Shown here: positions 11,895 through 24,652 of the stretch, piece by piece
How the letters are laid out: every line of letters starts with the position of its first letter
How positions within the stretch are numbered: position 1 is the first letter of the stretch
Assembly (NCBI RefSeq): GCF_006345805.1
Contig: NC_043002.1
Coordinates: forward strand, 4,836,001 to 4,900,000
Direction of reading: 5' to 3'
Origin: Octopus sinensis
Lineage: Eukaryota
DNA: 64,000 nt
Translations under genes and position numbers: made by a program
The notes under the pieces: model-generated
Seen by the model: the letters and a program-made list of their open reading frames with translations, nothing else
What the model was told of the DNA's origin: nothing
Database searches by the model: none

Positions 11895-12420
11895 TAGGGT
11901 CATCCCATAAATAATGCAGATTTTTTGTACTTTTTTTATTTTTCAAAATTCAGGTAAACAAAGTTCTTTTTCAATCTAAAATATACTCTCCATTTTCTAC
12001 AATGCTTCTCCATCTATCTGGTAGACTTGCAAGGTCCCACTTCCAAAATTCACTTTGTCTGTGACAAAAAATACTCCTCCAGTACTGTTCCGACCTCGTC
12101 TATAGAATTTATATTTTTTCCGTCCAAATGATTTTGAAAACTGTGGAATAAATGATAGTCAGACGGGGGCAATGTCCGGCGAATATGGTGGGTGGGGCAT
12201 CGATTCTCATTCAAACTGCTCCAGCTTTTGGAATGTCATCCTCGATGTATGTGGCCGAGCATTATCCTGATGGAAGAACACCTTTCATCTTGAAACCAAA
12301 GATGATCATTTTCCTTCTAGCACTGACTTCAGTTGCTCAAGCTGCTCACAGTAGATCTCTAGCAATTATCTTACAAAAAAGACAGCCCTGGTAGTACTTA
12401 TCCATGACATAAAAAAAACA
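11895..12420 (-). mobile_element. Mariner fragment (3' part with one TIR)
   Basis: TIR gggtcatcccataaataatgcag; sequence collinear with the 58727-59975 mariner. Confidence 0.8.
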
Positions 12421-12424
12421 AATG

Positions 12425-12870
12425 GCATCTCATCTAGGTTAACTCTCTTCCTGATTAATTAGGCTATGACTCTTTCTCTAACTTTCGTGACCTGATCTGG
12501 TAGTTTTATTCTTCTGTAATTACATCCAAGGCATATCTTATATAATTGTAACAGTTGGCAATAATGCTACTACACTAATCATTGGGAATAACACCTTCCT
12601 GTACAAACTTGATTAACTATATGGGTAACTAAACTATATCCTACTCTACCAGATATTTTAAGCATCCCAACAGTGATTCCTGGTTTGCCAGAGGTTTTCC
12701 CTGCCTCCATTGCTTTATCTATCATACTACTGCCAACAAGGATAGCTGGGTCCTCTGTTAGGTCCATGTTGGGAAGACCCTCTTTCTCCTATGCTTTTTC
12801 CACATTCAATAGCCTTTCGTAGTAGCTCTCCCATGCCTCTTTCTCTTCAGAATCACCAAGTATAAGTATA
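12425..12870 (-). mobile_element. Degenerate RTE LINE RT fragment
   Basis: GKPGITVGMLKISGRVGYSLVTHIVNQV matches the RTE at 20570-20670. Confidence 0.85.
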
Positions 12871-12879
12871 CCATTATCC

Positions 12880-13262
12880 AGCGCCGCCTTAACTGGCTTC
12901 TGTGCCGGTGGCACATAAAAAGCACCAACCGTTCGTGGCCATTGCCAGCCTACCCTGGCACCTGTGCCGGTGGCATCTAAAAAGCATCATCCATACATGG
13001 CCGATGCCAGCGCCACCTTGACTGGCTTCCGTGCTGGTGGCACGTAAAAAAACGCCAACCGATCGCGGCCGTTGCCAGCCTCCCCTGGCTCCTGAGCCGG
13101 TGGCACGTAAAAAGCACCCACTACACTCTCGGAGTGGTTGGCGTTAGGAAGGGCATCCAGACTGGAGCCTAGTGCAGCCTCCTGGCTTCCCAGACCCCGG
13201 CCGAACCGTCCAACCCATGCTAGCATGGAAAACGGATGTTAAATGATGATGATGATGATGAT
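12880..13262 (+). mobile_element. RTE 3'-tail element
   Basis: About 62-bp units, tail stem-loop and (GAT)n. Confidence 0.85.
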
Positions 13263-13599
13263 CTTGATTCTTTCTGCTTCAATGTCTTGCAATCCAAAAA
13301 ACCTCATACCTCTGATCCCAACTGTAGAATATTGGCAAGGCCCACCTGCTCTGTTTCTCCCCTTGCTAAATATGTCCCCTAGCTTTTCTTCTAGCTAGCT
13401 AGTACAATTCTCTGCTACCCCCATACTTCCAATCCTTCCAAGCAAGTCTCTTCAGTTTTATGACTCTGTCTACTTCACTGTTCCACCATATCACCCTTGG
13501 TCTGACTGGAACTTTTCACCAGCCAGACTTAGTCTGTTGCCCTCAATGGATTGGTCCAAAGGAACTGCCAGCTCTCCTGTACATTACACATCTCTATCT

Positions 13600-14665
13600 C
13601 ATCCTCATCATCATCATCATCATCATCATTTAGCGTCCGTTTTCCATGCTAGCATGGGTTGGACGGTTCAACTGGGGTCTGGGGAGCCCGAAGGCTGCAC
13701 CAGGCCAGTCAGATCTGGCAGTGTTTCTACAGCAGGATGCCCTTCCTAACGCCAACCACTCCGAGAGTGTAGTGGGTGATTTTATGTGCCACCGACACAG
13801 GTGCCAGACGAGGCTGGCGAACGGCCACGCTCGGATGGTGTTTTTATGTGCCACCGACACAGGTGCCAGACGAGGCTGGCAGACGGCCACGCTCGGATGG
13901 TGTTTTTATGTGCCACCGACACGGGTGCCAGATGAGGCTGGCGGACGGCCACGATCGGATGGTGTTTGTTACGTCCCCAAAGCACGGAGGCCAGTCTATG
14001 CGGTACTGGCTACGGCCACGTTCGGATGATTTTCTTGTGTGCCACCGGCACTGGTACCACAAAGATACAAATTCCATTGATGTTCATCTATTTTGATTTG
14101 TTTTGATTTGATTTTCACTTGCCTCAACAGGTCTTCACAAGTGTCACAAGAAGGAAGGTATGCACAGGTGGACTGACTACGTCCCAGGTAGGAGCCATGG
14201 GTTATGGCCTGACTAGTCTTGCCGGGTCTTCGGATGGTGTTTTTATGTGCCACCGACACAGGTGCCAGATGAGGCTGGCGAACGGCCACGATCGGATGGT
14301 GTTTGTTACGTGCCCACAGCACGGAGGCCAGTCGATGCGGTACTGGCTACGGCCACGTTCGGATGGTTTTCTTGTGTGCCACCGGCACTGGTACCACAAA
14401 GATACAAATTCCATTGATGTTCATCTATTTTGATTTGATTTGATTTGATTTTCACTTGCCTCAACAGGTCTTCACAGGTCTTCACAAGTGTCACAGGAAG
14501 GAAGGAAGGTATGCACAGGGGACTGACTACGTCCCAAGTAGGGGCCACGGGTTATGGCCTGACTAGTCTTGCCGGGTCTTCGGTTGGTGTTTTTATGTGC
14601 CACCGACACAGGTGCCAGATGAGGCTGGCGAACGGCCACGATCGGATGGTGTTTGTTATGTGCCC
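13600..14665 (-). mobile_element. Multimer of the RTE 3' UTR (337-bp tandem duplication plus 62-bp units)
   Basis: gatacaaattccattg at 14064 and 14401; each unit starts at aagacccggc, the end of RTE ORF2. Confidence 0.85.
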
Positions 14666-14844
14666 ACGTCGTCTTCATCAAATGTTTCAAGTAGTACTTC
14701 TCTAAATTTCAGATTGTTCCCTATGTATTTAGGCCTTCGTCACTTCCTGTTGCTGGAGCCTGGTGCAGCTCTCTGACTTTCTAACTCCAATCAAACTGTC
14801 TAAGCTATGCCAGCATGGAAAATGGACGTTAAATGATGATATCA

Positions 14845-16525
14845 TCAGGTCATTCGCATTACAGAACATGATCTCTCTTCAACAGCTACAAAATAAGTAT
14901 GAAGAGCAAAGGCAACCCCTCATCATCACCTTCATTGACCTCACAAAGGCTTTTGATCTAGCTAGTAGAGATGGCCTGTTCAATATCCTAGCCAAGACTG
15001 GCTATCCTCCAAGACTCCTCAGGATTGTCCAGTTATCTTATGTGGATATGAAAAGCATCATTCAGTTTTATGGCTCTTCTTCAGAGGCATTCGACATATG
15101 TAGCGATATGAAGTAAGGCTGCGCTTACCCTCATCCTGTTTAGCATCCTCTTCAGAGCCATGCTGAAACACACATTTGGATCATCAACTGATGGTGACTA
15201 CCTTCGTACCAGATCAGACGGTAAACTGTTTAGTCTGAAAGCAAAATGACTGGTACTTATTAAATAAGTACCTGTTACAATTATATAAGATATTGCCTTA
15301 GATGTAATTACAGAAGTATAAAACTACCGGATCAGGTCACGAAAGTTAGAGAAAGATTCATAGCCTAATTAATCAGGAAGAGAGTTAACCTAGAAGTTTT
15401 ACTTGGCTCGACTGGTCTTCTTCTCAAGCACAACATAATGCCAAAGGTCTCAGTCATTGCCTTCAAGAGGCCCAACCCTAAAAAAGAGCTCAGCCACTTT
15501 GCCTCTGCTTTCCATGCTAGCATGGGTTGGATGATTTGACTGCGGGCTGTCGAGGCTGAAAGCAAAATCCTGGGTCCATCAGAGAAATGCTGTTTGTGGA
15601 TGACACAGCACTGACAGCACACTCGGAGAACCAAATGCAACACCATGTGGACAAACTCTCAAAAGCCAGACTCTCAGTCTGAAGAAGACCAAAACATTGG
15701 GCCAAGGTGTCATGCAACCCCTCCCTCCACAACTACAAGCTAGAGGCAGTCCATGAATTCAGCTCTATCACAGCTCTCTACCATCGCTGATGCCCTCTCC
15801 CTGGACCCTCAGATCAGCAGGCGAATTGGACAAGCATCCTTCACATTTGCCAGGATCACAAAGAGAGTCTCGGAAAACAGAGAACTGGTCACAAACACCA
15901 ATAATTGCTGCCTAGAAGATGTCCTCGGTAAACTACTTTCATGGCAGTGAGACATGGAGCCTCTACTCTAGACAGAAATGGCATCTCAACATTTCTCACC
16001 TTCGTAATTTGAGACCCATCTTGGATATCAAGTGGAACAACTGAATCACCAGCACTGAAGTCCTCAACCATGCCAAGATACCCAGTATATTCACCCTGCT
16101 CCAGATGGGAGGATCCCAAAAGACCTCCTGTATGGGGAATTGGCCACCAGCACAAGAGCACAAGGATGACCCCATCTTTGTTTCAAGGACGTCTGCAAGA
16201 GAGATATGAAGCTGGTTGATCTGGACGTCCTGAGATGGGAAGAGGTCATAAATGATCGATCAGGCTGGGGACAGATGTTACGAAAGGGGATGAAGCAAAG
16301 GGTAAAGAAACGTGAACTTGCCACTTAAGAAAAGTGTATTCGACAAAAGGAAAAACCAGTAGCACTGGCAGAGAACTCCTTCAAATGCGCAGTCACTGCA
16401 TGAGTGACTGCCACTCGTATGTAGGCCTCTACAGCCACAGCAGATGTTGCCCCATTATCAGCAGCTGTCACGATTTCTTTGGGTGCAGATCCAAGGTCTC
16501 TCAAGACCAACAGAAGCCTACTAAG
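14845..16525 (+). mobile_element. BovB-like RTE LINE, degenerate RT to C-terminus, interrupted at 15247-15548
   Basis: QQLQNKY.EQRQPL..TFIDLTKAFD, RSDGKLF..RLKAK, REMLFVDD, DLLYGELA and a terminal C..C..H motif, with stops and frameshifts. Confidence 0.85.
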
Positions 16526-16539
16526 CACATACATACATA

Positions 16540-17125
16540 CATATATATATCCAAAGTACCTTGAATTGCAGAACAACCTGCTGTGCTTGAGGAGACCCAT
16601 TGAGTCAAGTACATCAATATTTAAATAAATATCAAATGGAAATTGTAGTTGTGATACTTGTGCCGGTGGCACGTAAAAAGCACCATCCGTACATGGCCGA
16701 TGCCAGCACCGCCTTGACTGATTTCTGTGTCAGTGGCACATGACCTGCCGTGCTTGAGGAGACCTATTAAGTCAAGTACATCAACATCAAAATAAATATC
16801 AAATGGAAATTGTAGTTACGATACCTGTGCCCGTGGCATGTAAAAAGCACCATTCGAACGTGGCCGTTGCCAGCGCCACCTCGACTGGCCTACGTGCCAG
16901 TGGCACATAAAAATCACCAACCGATCATGGCCGTTGCCAGCCTCGTGTGGCACGTAAAATGCACCCACTACACTCACGGAGTGGATGGCGTTAGGAAGGG
17001 AATCCAGCTGTAGAAACACTGCCAGATCAGACTGGAGCCTGGTGCAGCCTCCTGGCTTCCCAGACCCCAGTCAAACCATCCAACCCATGCTAGCATGGAA
17101 AATGGACGTTAAACGATGATGATGA
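16540..17125 (+). mobile_element. RTE 3' UTR / tail element with internal duplication
   Basis: Repeated gagaccXattXagtcaagtacatcaa block, then 62-bp units and tail. Confidence 0.8.
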
Positions 17126-18104
17126 TAATATATATACACATATTTACACACACAAGAATCAATTCAAAACAAGAACATCCAATTTTCCAAAACATCAAAA
17201 CTAGATATTGAAACCAAGCTGCCTACGTGATCATTCAATCTACCAGAAATAGCAGCCAAATCTTTATACCTTGCCCTACTGTTTTGAAAGAGTAAGAATA
17301 TATTGGATAATGTGGTCTTGGATGCAAACTGATAATACATACATGGAAATGCCAAAGGTGGAACATTTTTCAGCTTCAAAGGTCACTAAATGAAAGACGA
17401 CCTGTGGCTAAATAACAATTAGATATCGTTTATCTATTTCAATCATTAGACTGATGCTTTGAAGAAATTTTCTTTAAGCCTGCTTCTTATTCTATCAGTC
17501 TCTTTTTGTTGAACTACTAGGTTACAGGGACATAAACAAACCAACAGTGGTGGGAAACAAACACAAACACACACATCATCATCATCATCATTTAACATCC
17601 GCCTTCCATGCTAGCATGCTAGACGATTTTGACTGAGGTCTGGCGAACCAGATGGTTGCACCAGACTCCAGTCTTGATCTGGCAGAATTTCTACAGCGGG
17701 ATGCCCTTCCTAGTGCCAACCACTCCGAGAGTGCAGTGGGTGTTATATACGGGCACAAGCACAGGTATATGTATATATGTGTACAATGAGCTTCTTTCAA
17801 TTTCCCCTCTACCAAATCTATTCACAAGGGTTTGATCAGCCCGAGGTTATAGCAGAAGACACTTGCCCAAGGTGGCATGCAATGGGACTGAACCCAGAAC
17901 CATGTGGTTGGTTCTGGGTTCACACAGCCATGACTGCACCTAAAATTTATATATATTTTTACTCGTTTTATTCATTCGACTACAGTCATACTAGGGTGCC
18001 ACCTTGTGGGGTTTTAGTCAAATGAATTGACCCCAATACTTAATTTATTCTATCAGTTCTTTTGCTGAACCGCTAAGTTACGAGAAGTAAACAAGCCAAC
18101 ATCA

Positions 18105-18398
18105 TTTGTTTGGTCCTTCTTGAGCCATGCCTGGCTCATAAGGGCCGGTTTTCCCTGTTTCCTTGGCGTATAGGTTCTCCACCTGGATGGGACGCTGGTC
18201 CATCGTAGGTGAGCTGCAAGACGCAGGAGGAAAGAGTGCGAAAGAGTCAGCAGAAGTTTGCCATTACCTTCTGCCAGAGCCGCATGGAGCTTAGGTGTTT
18301 CGCTCATAAACACACACACATCACCCGGTCTGAGATTCGAACCCGCGATCCCTCGACCACGAGTCCGCTGCTCTAACCACTAGACCATGTGCCTCCAC
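18105..18398 (-). mobile_element. tRNA-derived SINE, family A (tail type 3)
   Basis: Family A head with a third tail; sister copy at 31355-31644. Confidence 0.8.
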
Positions 18399-18454
18399 GA
18401 CATCATTGTCAAGGAAGGGAGGGAGTGACAAACACAAAGGCACACATATACTCT

Positions 18455-18845
18455 TTTTACTTGTTTCAGTCATTTGACTGTGGCTATGCTAGAGCACCGC
18501 CTTTAATCGAGCAACTCGACCCCGGGACTTATTCTTTTGTAAGCCTAGTACTTATTCTATCGGTCTCTTTTTGCCGAACCGCTAAGTGACAGGGACGTAA
18601 ACACACCAGCATCGGTTGTCAAGCAATGCTAGGAGGACAAACACAGACACACAAACACACACACACACATATATATACATATATACGATGGGCTTTTTTC
18701 AGTTTCCGTCTACCAAATCCACTCACAAGGCTTTGGTCGGCCCTGGGCTATAGCAGAAGACACTTGCCCAAGATGCCATGCAGTGGGACTGAACCCGGAA
18801 CCATGTGGTTGGTAGACAAGCTACTTACCACACAGCCACTCCTAC
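18455..18845 (-). mobile_element. tRNA-derived SINE family B
   Basis: ggagtggctgtgtggtaagtagcttg head, ccttgggcaagtgtcttc core, internal microsatellite, gactgaaacaagtaaaaga tail. Confidence 0.85.
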
Positions 18846-19818
18846 ACATATATATTATTAATATTTAACAAAAGCAACAGAGTGACTCAAGGGCCAAGAT
18901 TTTCATGCATTGGCACTCATCAAATTAGATATTTTTATATATAGTTTAGTTGGTCTGGGACTATAGCAGAAGAAACTTGCCCAAGGTGTCATGCAGTAGA
19001 ATATCATATCACTTTAACCTTTTATTCGTTTCAGTCGTTAGACTGTGGTCATGCTGGGGCACCACCATGAAGAATGTTTTGTCAAACTTACTGATGCCAG
19101 CACTTTTTTTCAAAAAGCCTGGTACTTATTCTATCAATGATTTCAGCCAAAATGCTAAGTTACAGGGACGTTAACAAACCAACACCAGTTATCAAGTTGT
19201 AGTGTGGAACAAACACAGAAACACAAATATATATATATGTATGTACACGAGTGTGAGCATTGACAGAGCGGCTAACTGGCTTCCATGCCAGTGGCACTTA
19301 AAAGGCACCATTCGAGCGTGATCGTTACCAGTGTCGCTTTACTGGCACTCAAGCCCCGTGCTAGTAGGGTATTAAGAGCACTATCCGAGTGTGATCGTTA
19401 CCAGCATCACCTTACTGGCACCTGTGTCGTGGCATGTGTAAAAGATTTGAGCGAGGTCGTTGCCAGTACCACCTGACTGGCACGTAAAAGCACCCACTAC
19501 ACTCTCAGAGTGGTTGACGTTAGGAAGGGCATCCAGCTGTACCAGATCAAGATTGAAGTATGGTACAGCCATCTGGTTCGCCAGCCCTCGGTCATACGTC
19601 CAACCCATGCTAGCATGGAAAGCAGACGTTAAAAACGATGGTGATATATACAAAGGGCTTCTTTCAGTTACCGTCTACCAAATCTTTGGTCAGCCTGAAG
19701 CTATAAGACACTCCGCCATGGTTCCACACAGGAGGAATAAAACTAGAACCATGTGGTTTAGAAACCAGCTTCATGCCATACAACCACGAATGAATATATA
19801 TATATATATATGCTTTTT

Positions 19819-22723
19819 GAAGAATGTACCCCACAGAAGAATGTACCCCACAACATAGACTGGTAGTTAGTGACTTTAGGATCAGGACTAGGAGGACAAC
19901 CAGAAGACGACAAATATGGAGAAGAAGGATCTGGAAGCTTAAAGATCCTGCAAATGGACAGAGATTTAGGGACATATTACTTGAAGCCTCTGACGAAGTA
20001 GAAGGGGATAGAGCATCACAGGGGGTAGAAGACAGCTGGACGTTTCTAAGGGACAACCTGCTGAGAGCCACTGACCAGATCTGTGGCTGGTGCAAAGTCC
20101 CCTCTCGACCTAGAATAACGTGGTGGTGGAACAATATTGTAGACAGGGCTATTAGAGAAAAGAGACAGGCTTGGAAGGTCTGGAAAAATGGGGGTAGCAG
20201 GGAATTGTATCAGACTGCCAAAAGAGAAGCTAGGAGACAGGTTTATTTAGCCAGAGGGGAAGCAGATAAGAAAAAATTTGCCAATGTTCTGCGCCGTGAG
20301 GACCAAAGACTGGAGGTGTTTCGTGTTGCAAGACAGTGTGTGAGAGAGAATCGTGATGTGGTAGGAGAGAAGTGTGTTCGCATGGAAGATGGTTCACTTG
20401 CGCTAAATGAGGATGCAAAGAGAGAGGTCTGGAGATGCCACTATGAAAGGTTGCTGAATGAAGAAAATGAATGGGATAAAGAGAGTCTGCCGAATGTTGA
20501 CCCAACAGAGGGACCAGCTATCCGAGTTGATAGTTCTGTGGTAGCTAAGGCAATTAGAAGCATGAAGACAGGGAAAGCCCCAGGCCCATCAGGAATCACT
20601 GCAGAGATGCTCAAAATGTCTGGTAGTGTCGGCTATAGCCTAGTCACCCATATAGTTAATCAGGTGATACACAAAGGGGTCATACCCAATGACTGGTGTA
20701 GCAGTATAATAGTCAACTGCTACAAAGGTAAAGGTGATGCCCTAGATACAAATAACTACAGAGGTATCAAGCTGTTGGACCAGGTGATGAAGGTTACGGA
20801 GAGGGTCATAGCCCAACTAATTAGAGAGAGAGTTAGTTTAGATGAGATGCAGTTTGGTTTGTGCCAGGGAAAAGTACTACTGATGCTATATTCCTGGTAA
20901 GGCAGCTGCAGGAGAAATACCTAGCCAAAGATAAGCCCCTGTACCTGGCTTTTGTTGACATGGAGAAAGCCTTCGACAGGGTCCCCCGATCCCTTATCTG
21001 GTGGGCAATGAGAAAACTAGGGATAGATGAATGGTTAGTGAGAGCTGTGCGGGCCATGTATAGGGACGCCGCTAGTAGGGTGAGGGTTGGAAATGAGTAC
21101 AGTGAAGAATTCCGGGTAGAGGTAGGGGTCCACCAAGGCTCAGTACTCAGCCCCCTCCTATTTATCTTAGTCCTCCAGGCAATAACGGAGGAATTCAAGA
21201 CAGGATGCCCTTGGGAGCTCCTCTATGCTGATGACCTTGCTCTAATTGCTGAGTCGCTATCAGAACTGGAGGAGAAGTTTCAGGTGTGGAAACAAGGATT
21301 AGAATCGAAGGGCCTTAGAGTCAATCTAGCTAAAACCAAAGTCGTAATCAGTAGGAAGGTAGACAAATCACAAACACCTTCAGGTAGATGGCCCTGCTCG
21401 ATCTGTAGAAAAGGTGTAGGTAGAAACTCTATAAGATGCACCAAGTGTAAGCTATGGACACATAAGAGATGCAGCAATGTCAAAGGAAGGCTAACTAGGA
21501 AGATGGTTTTTGTATGTGGCAGATGCTCAGGAACAATAAACACTGAAAATGCTCTGAGACCAACTTCCGTCACTTTCCAGGGAGAAAAACTAGAAATAGT
21601 TGATAGTTTCCGTTACCTAGGTGACCAAGTCAGCAGCGGGGGCGGGTGTGCTGAAAGTGTAACTGCTAGAGTAAGAATAGCTTGGGCAAAGTTCAGAGAG
21701 CTCTTACCTCTGCTGGTGACAAAAGGCCTCTCGCACAGAGTGAAAGGCAGACTGTATGATGCGTGTGTACGAACAGCCATGCTACATGGCAGTGAAACAT
21801 GGGCCGTGACTGCTGAGGATATGCGTAAGCTCGCTAGAAATGAAGCCAGTATGCTCCGATGGATGTGTAATGCCGGTACTCACACTCGAGAGAAAAGCTG
21901 GACCTAAGAAGCATCAGTTGTGGTGTGCAAGAGAGACGTTTGCGCTGGTATGGTCATGTGGCGAGAATGGATGAAGATAGTTGTGTGAAAAAGTGCCACA
22001 CCCTAGCGGTTGAGGGAACCCGTGGAAGAGGTAGACCCAGGAAAACCTGGGACGAGGTGGTGAAGCACGACCTTCGAACTTTAGGTCTCACTGAGGAAAT
22101 GACTAGAGACCGAGACCTCTGGAAGTGTGCTGTGCGCGAGAAGACCCGGCAGGACAAGTGAGTCCACAACCCGTGGCCTTCTACATGGGATGGAGCCAGC
22201 CTACGTATGCATACCTTCCCTTCTTGGGACACAAAACTCTACTTGTGAAGACGTGTTGAGGCAAGTGAGGATCAGAATCGAAATCGATCAATGGAAATTG
22301 CGGATGTGCTACCAGTGCCGGTGGCATGTCGAAACTCTGCTTGTGAAGACCCATTGAGGCAAGTGAGGATCAGAATCGAAATCGATCAATGGAAATTGCA
22401 GATGTGTTACCAGTGCCGGTGGCATGTAAGAGAACTTTCCGTTTCGCGACCGTTGCCAGCCTCGCCTGGCCCTCGTGCCGGTGGCACATAAAAAGCACCA
22501 TCCGTTCGTGGCCGTTTGCCAGCTCTGTCTGGCACCAGTGCGGGTGGCACGTAAAAAGCACCCACTACACTCACGGAGTGGTTGGCGTTAGGAAGGGCAT
22601 CCAGCCGTAGAAACACTGCCAGATTTGACTGAGTCTGATGAAGCCTTCTGGCTTCACAGACCCCAGTAGAACCGTCCAACCCATGCTAGCATGGAAAACG
22701 GACGCTAAATGATGATGATGATG

Positions 22724-22725
<2 letters not shown>
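19819..22725 (+). mobile_element. 5'-truncated RTE-clade LINE, frameshifted ORF2 (end of APE domain, RT with PHD finger), 3' UTR and (GAT)n tail
   Basis: ORFs 19824-20900, 20861-21907 and 21925-22161 carry QHRLVVSD, YRGIKLL, DMEKAFDRV, VGVHQGSVLSPLLF, LYADD and RRLRWYGHV; frameshifts near 20860 and 21890. Confidence 0.95.
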
Positions 22726-22764
<39 letters not shown>

Positions 22765-22952
22765 ATACACACACAGTATTCTTCCGAAAGAATGCCAAAT
22801 ATACTAATAAAATTTGTAGCATATACATTCATAGATGTATATAGGTAACATTTACACACATACATACACACCCACACACAAAGCAATTTACGAATCATTT
22901 TTTTTTTTTTTACTATACACACACACACGCAAGTATGCACACAAATGCTCAC

Positions 22953-23021
22953 GTAGGACTGAACATACGACATGCAGCCGAAGAGAGTGAGATGCAACAT
23001 CGCAATTACAGCGGGACACAT
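22953..23021 (-). CDS. Candidate first coding exon with signal-peptide-like MCPAVIAMLHLTLFGCMSYVQSY
   Basis: ATG at 23021, strong donor tac|gtgagc at 22952, phase 0, unique CpG-containing context; product unknown. Confidence 0.35.
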
Positions 23022-23454
23022 GTGTAATGTGTTGGCGGAGCGGAGGAGGAGGAGGAGGAGGGAGGAGGGGGGGACCAAACACCGCTGACAATAATCTTAA
23101 TTTCCATAACGCAAACGGTATAAAGTCACCCGACGGAGGTGTGAAATTGAACATATGCAAGCATGCACACATGGATGTGCAGGAATAATAAACATAATAA
23201 TAAACGTAATAATAATAGTAATAATAATAGTGATAATGATAATAATAATAAGCCAGAGAAATTGATAAAAAAAAAAACAGCTGTTCAGTTTCGGCAGGTT
23301 GTGACGTGGGTGTATATGAGAGAGAGAAGTCAATTACCTCTTTCAGAATTTCATTTTCATTTTTGCTAATACTCAATGTAAGATATATATGTCTTTTACA
23401 CACATATATATCCCTGTGTGTGTGTGTATATAAGCATATGTGTGTATATATATG

Positions 23455-23488
<34 letters not shown>

Positions 23489-24652
23489 CTCACACACATA
23501 TATATATATGTGTGTGTGTGTAAAGGGTCCGGGCTAGCCTTAATTGAATAGGCCGATAATCAAAGGTGTTCCAGCTGTAGCCATCCCGTTCCTTTGCGTA
23601 TTAAGGACGATTAACATTATTCAATGCCTCTATAACTCATCCCTTGTAGACGGCGTAAGTGTGATTTGAGGAAAATGTGGCTGCTGTTTCTAGTAGGTCA
23701 TGGGATCATGTAGGACCTCTTTAGTTGGCTCGCAAGCGTGTGTGTGTGTGTGTATGTGTGTGTGTGTTTAGTTCCTTTGGCTATAAAAGATATTCCGTGA
23801 CCACAACAACATTTACAACAAACTTGGAACAACACAGTTTTCGAACAAGCGGTAAATTTCCAACACGCACTAAACACAGGTGGTAGGGAAAAACGTGCTT
23901 TTGTTTCTTCCAGGATGCCGTAAAAGATCCACAGAGGAAAATCCAAACGAACATTATATGTCTGGGTTTGTGTACACACACATACACATACATATATATA
24001 TATAGTTTTATCTTTACTGAAGGATATTAAAAACATTTTATGTACGTCATTGTATGTATTTTAAAAGACAATACCTCGATGTGTGCCTGTGAACTTATAG
24101 TTCAGATGACCTCGCCTGATTAAGAAGAAATTATTTTTTGAAGTAGAAGTGAGCTGGAACAATACCTTTGCATACGTATAGATTCGTGAATAAAAGAAAA
24201 GAAACAAAAAGAGAAAAAGAATTCGTGCCGAGTGCCTCTTAGGTTCGCAGTAGGGTAGATTTAACCATATACAGTACCACACAACTGACATGCGACGTTG
24301 GTGTGTGAATGTAATTATTTAACACACTGCACATATACACTCACTCACTCACTCACCAATCTCACTAAACCGCTTTCGACATCGACTACACAAACTAAAA
24401 ATTAATATAAATATGCTACGAACTTGAAGCAAATAGAAAACTAAACTTGCCTGTTATTATAACGACCATATACAAGACCAAGGTGCACGTATGTATGTGT
24501 CACTATCTGCCTGTCTCTTTCTAGCTCTCTCTCTCTCTCTCTTAATTCCTCTCTCTCTCTCTCTCCTCCTCCTCCTCTTCCTCACTCTATCATTGTGGTG
24601 GTGATGTTGTGTGTGTGTGTAACGGTAACAACTTTAATCGGGATGGACTCAC

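Noticed and set aside
13776-13985. Regularly spaced 62-bp repeats resembling a CRISPR array
   Set aside because: Whole units repeat with no unique spacers, they belong to the RTE 3' UTR, and there are no cas genes in this eukaryotic context
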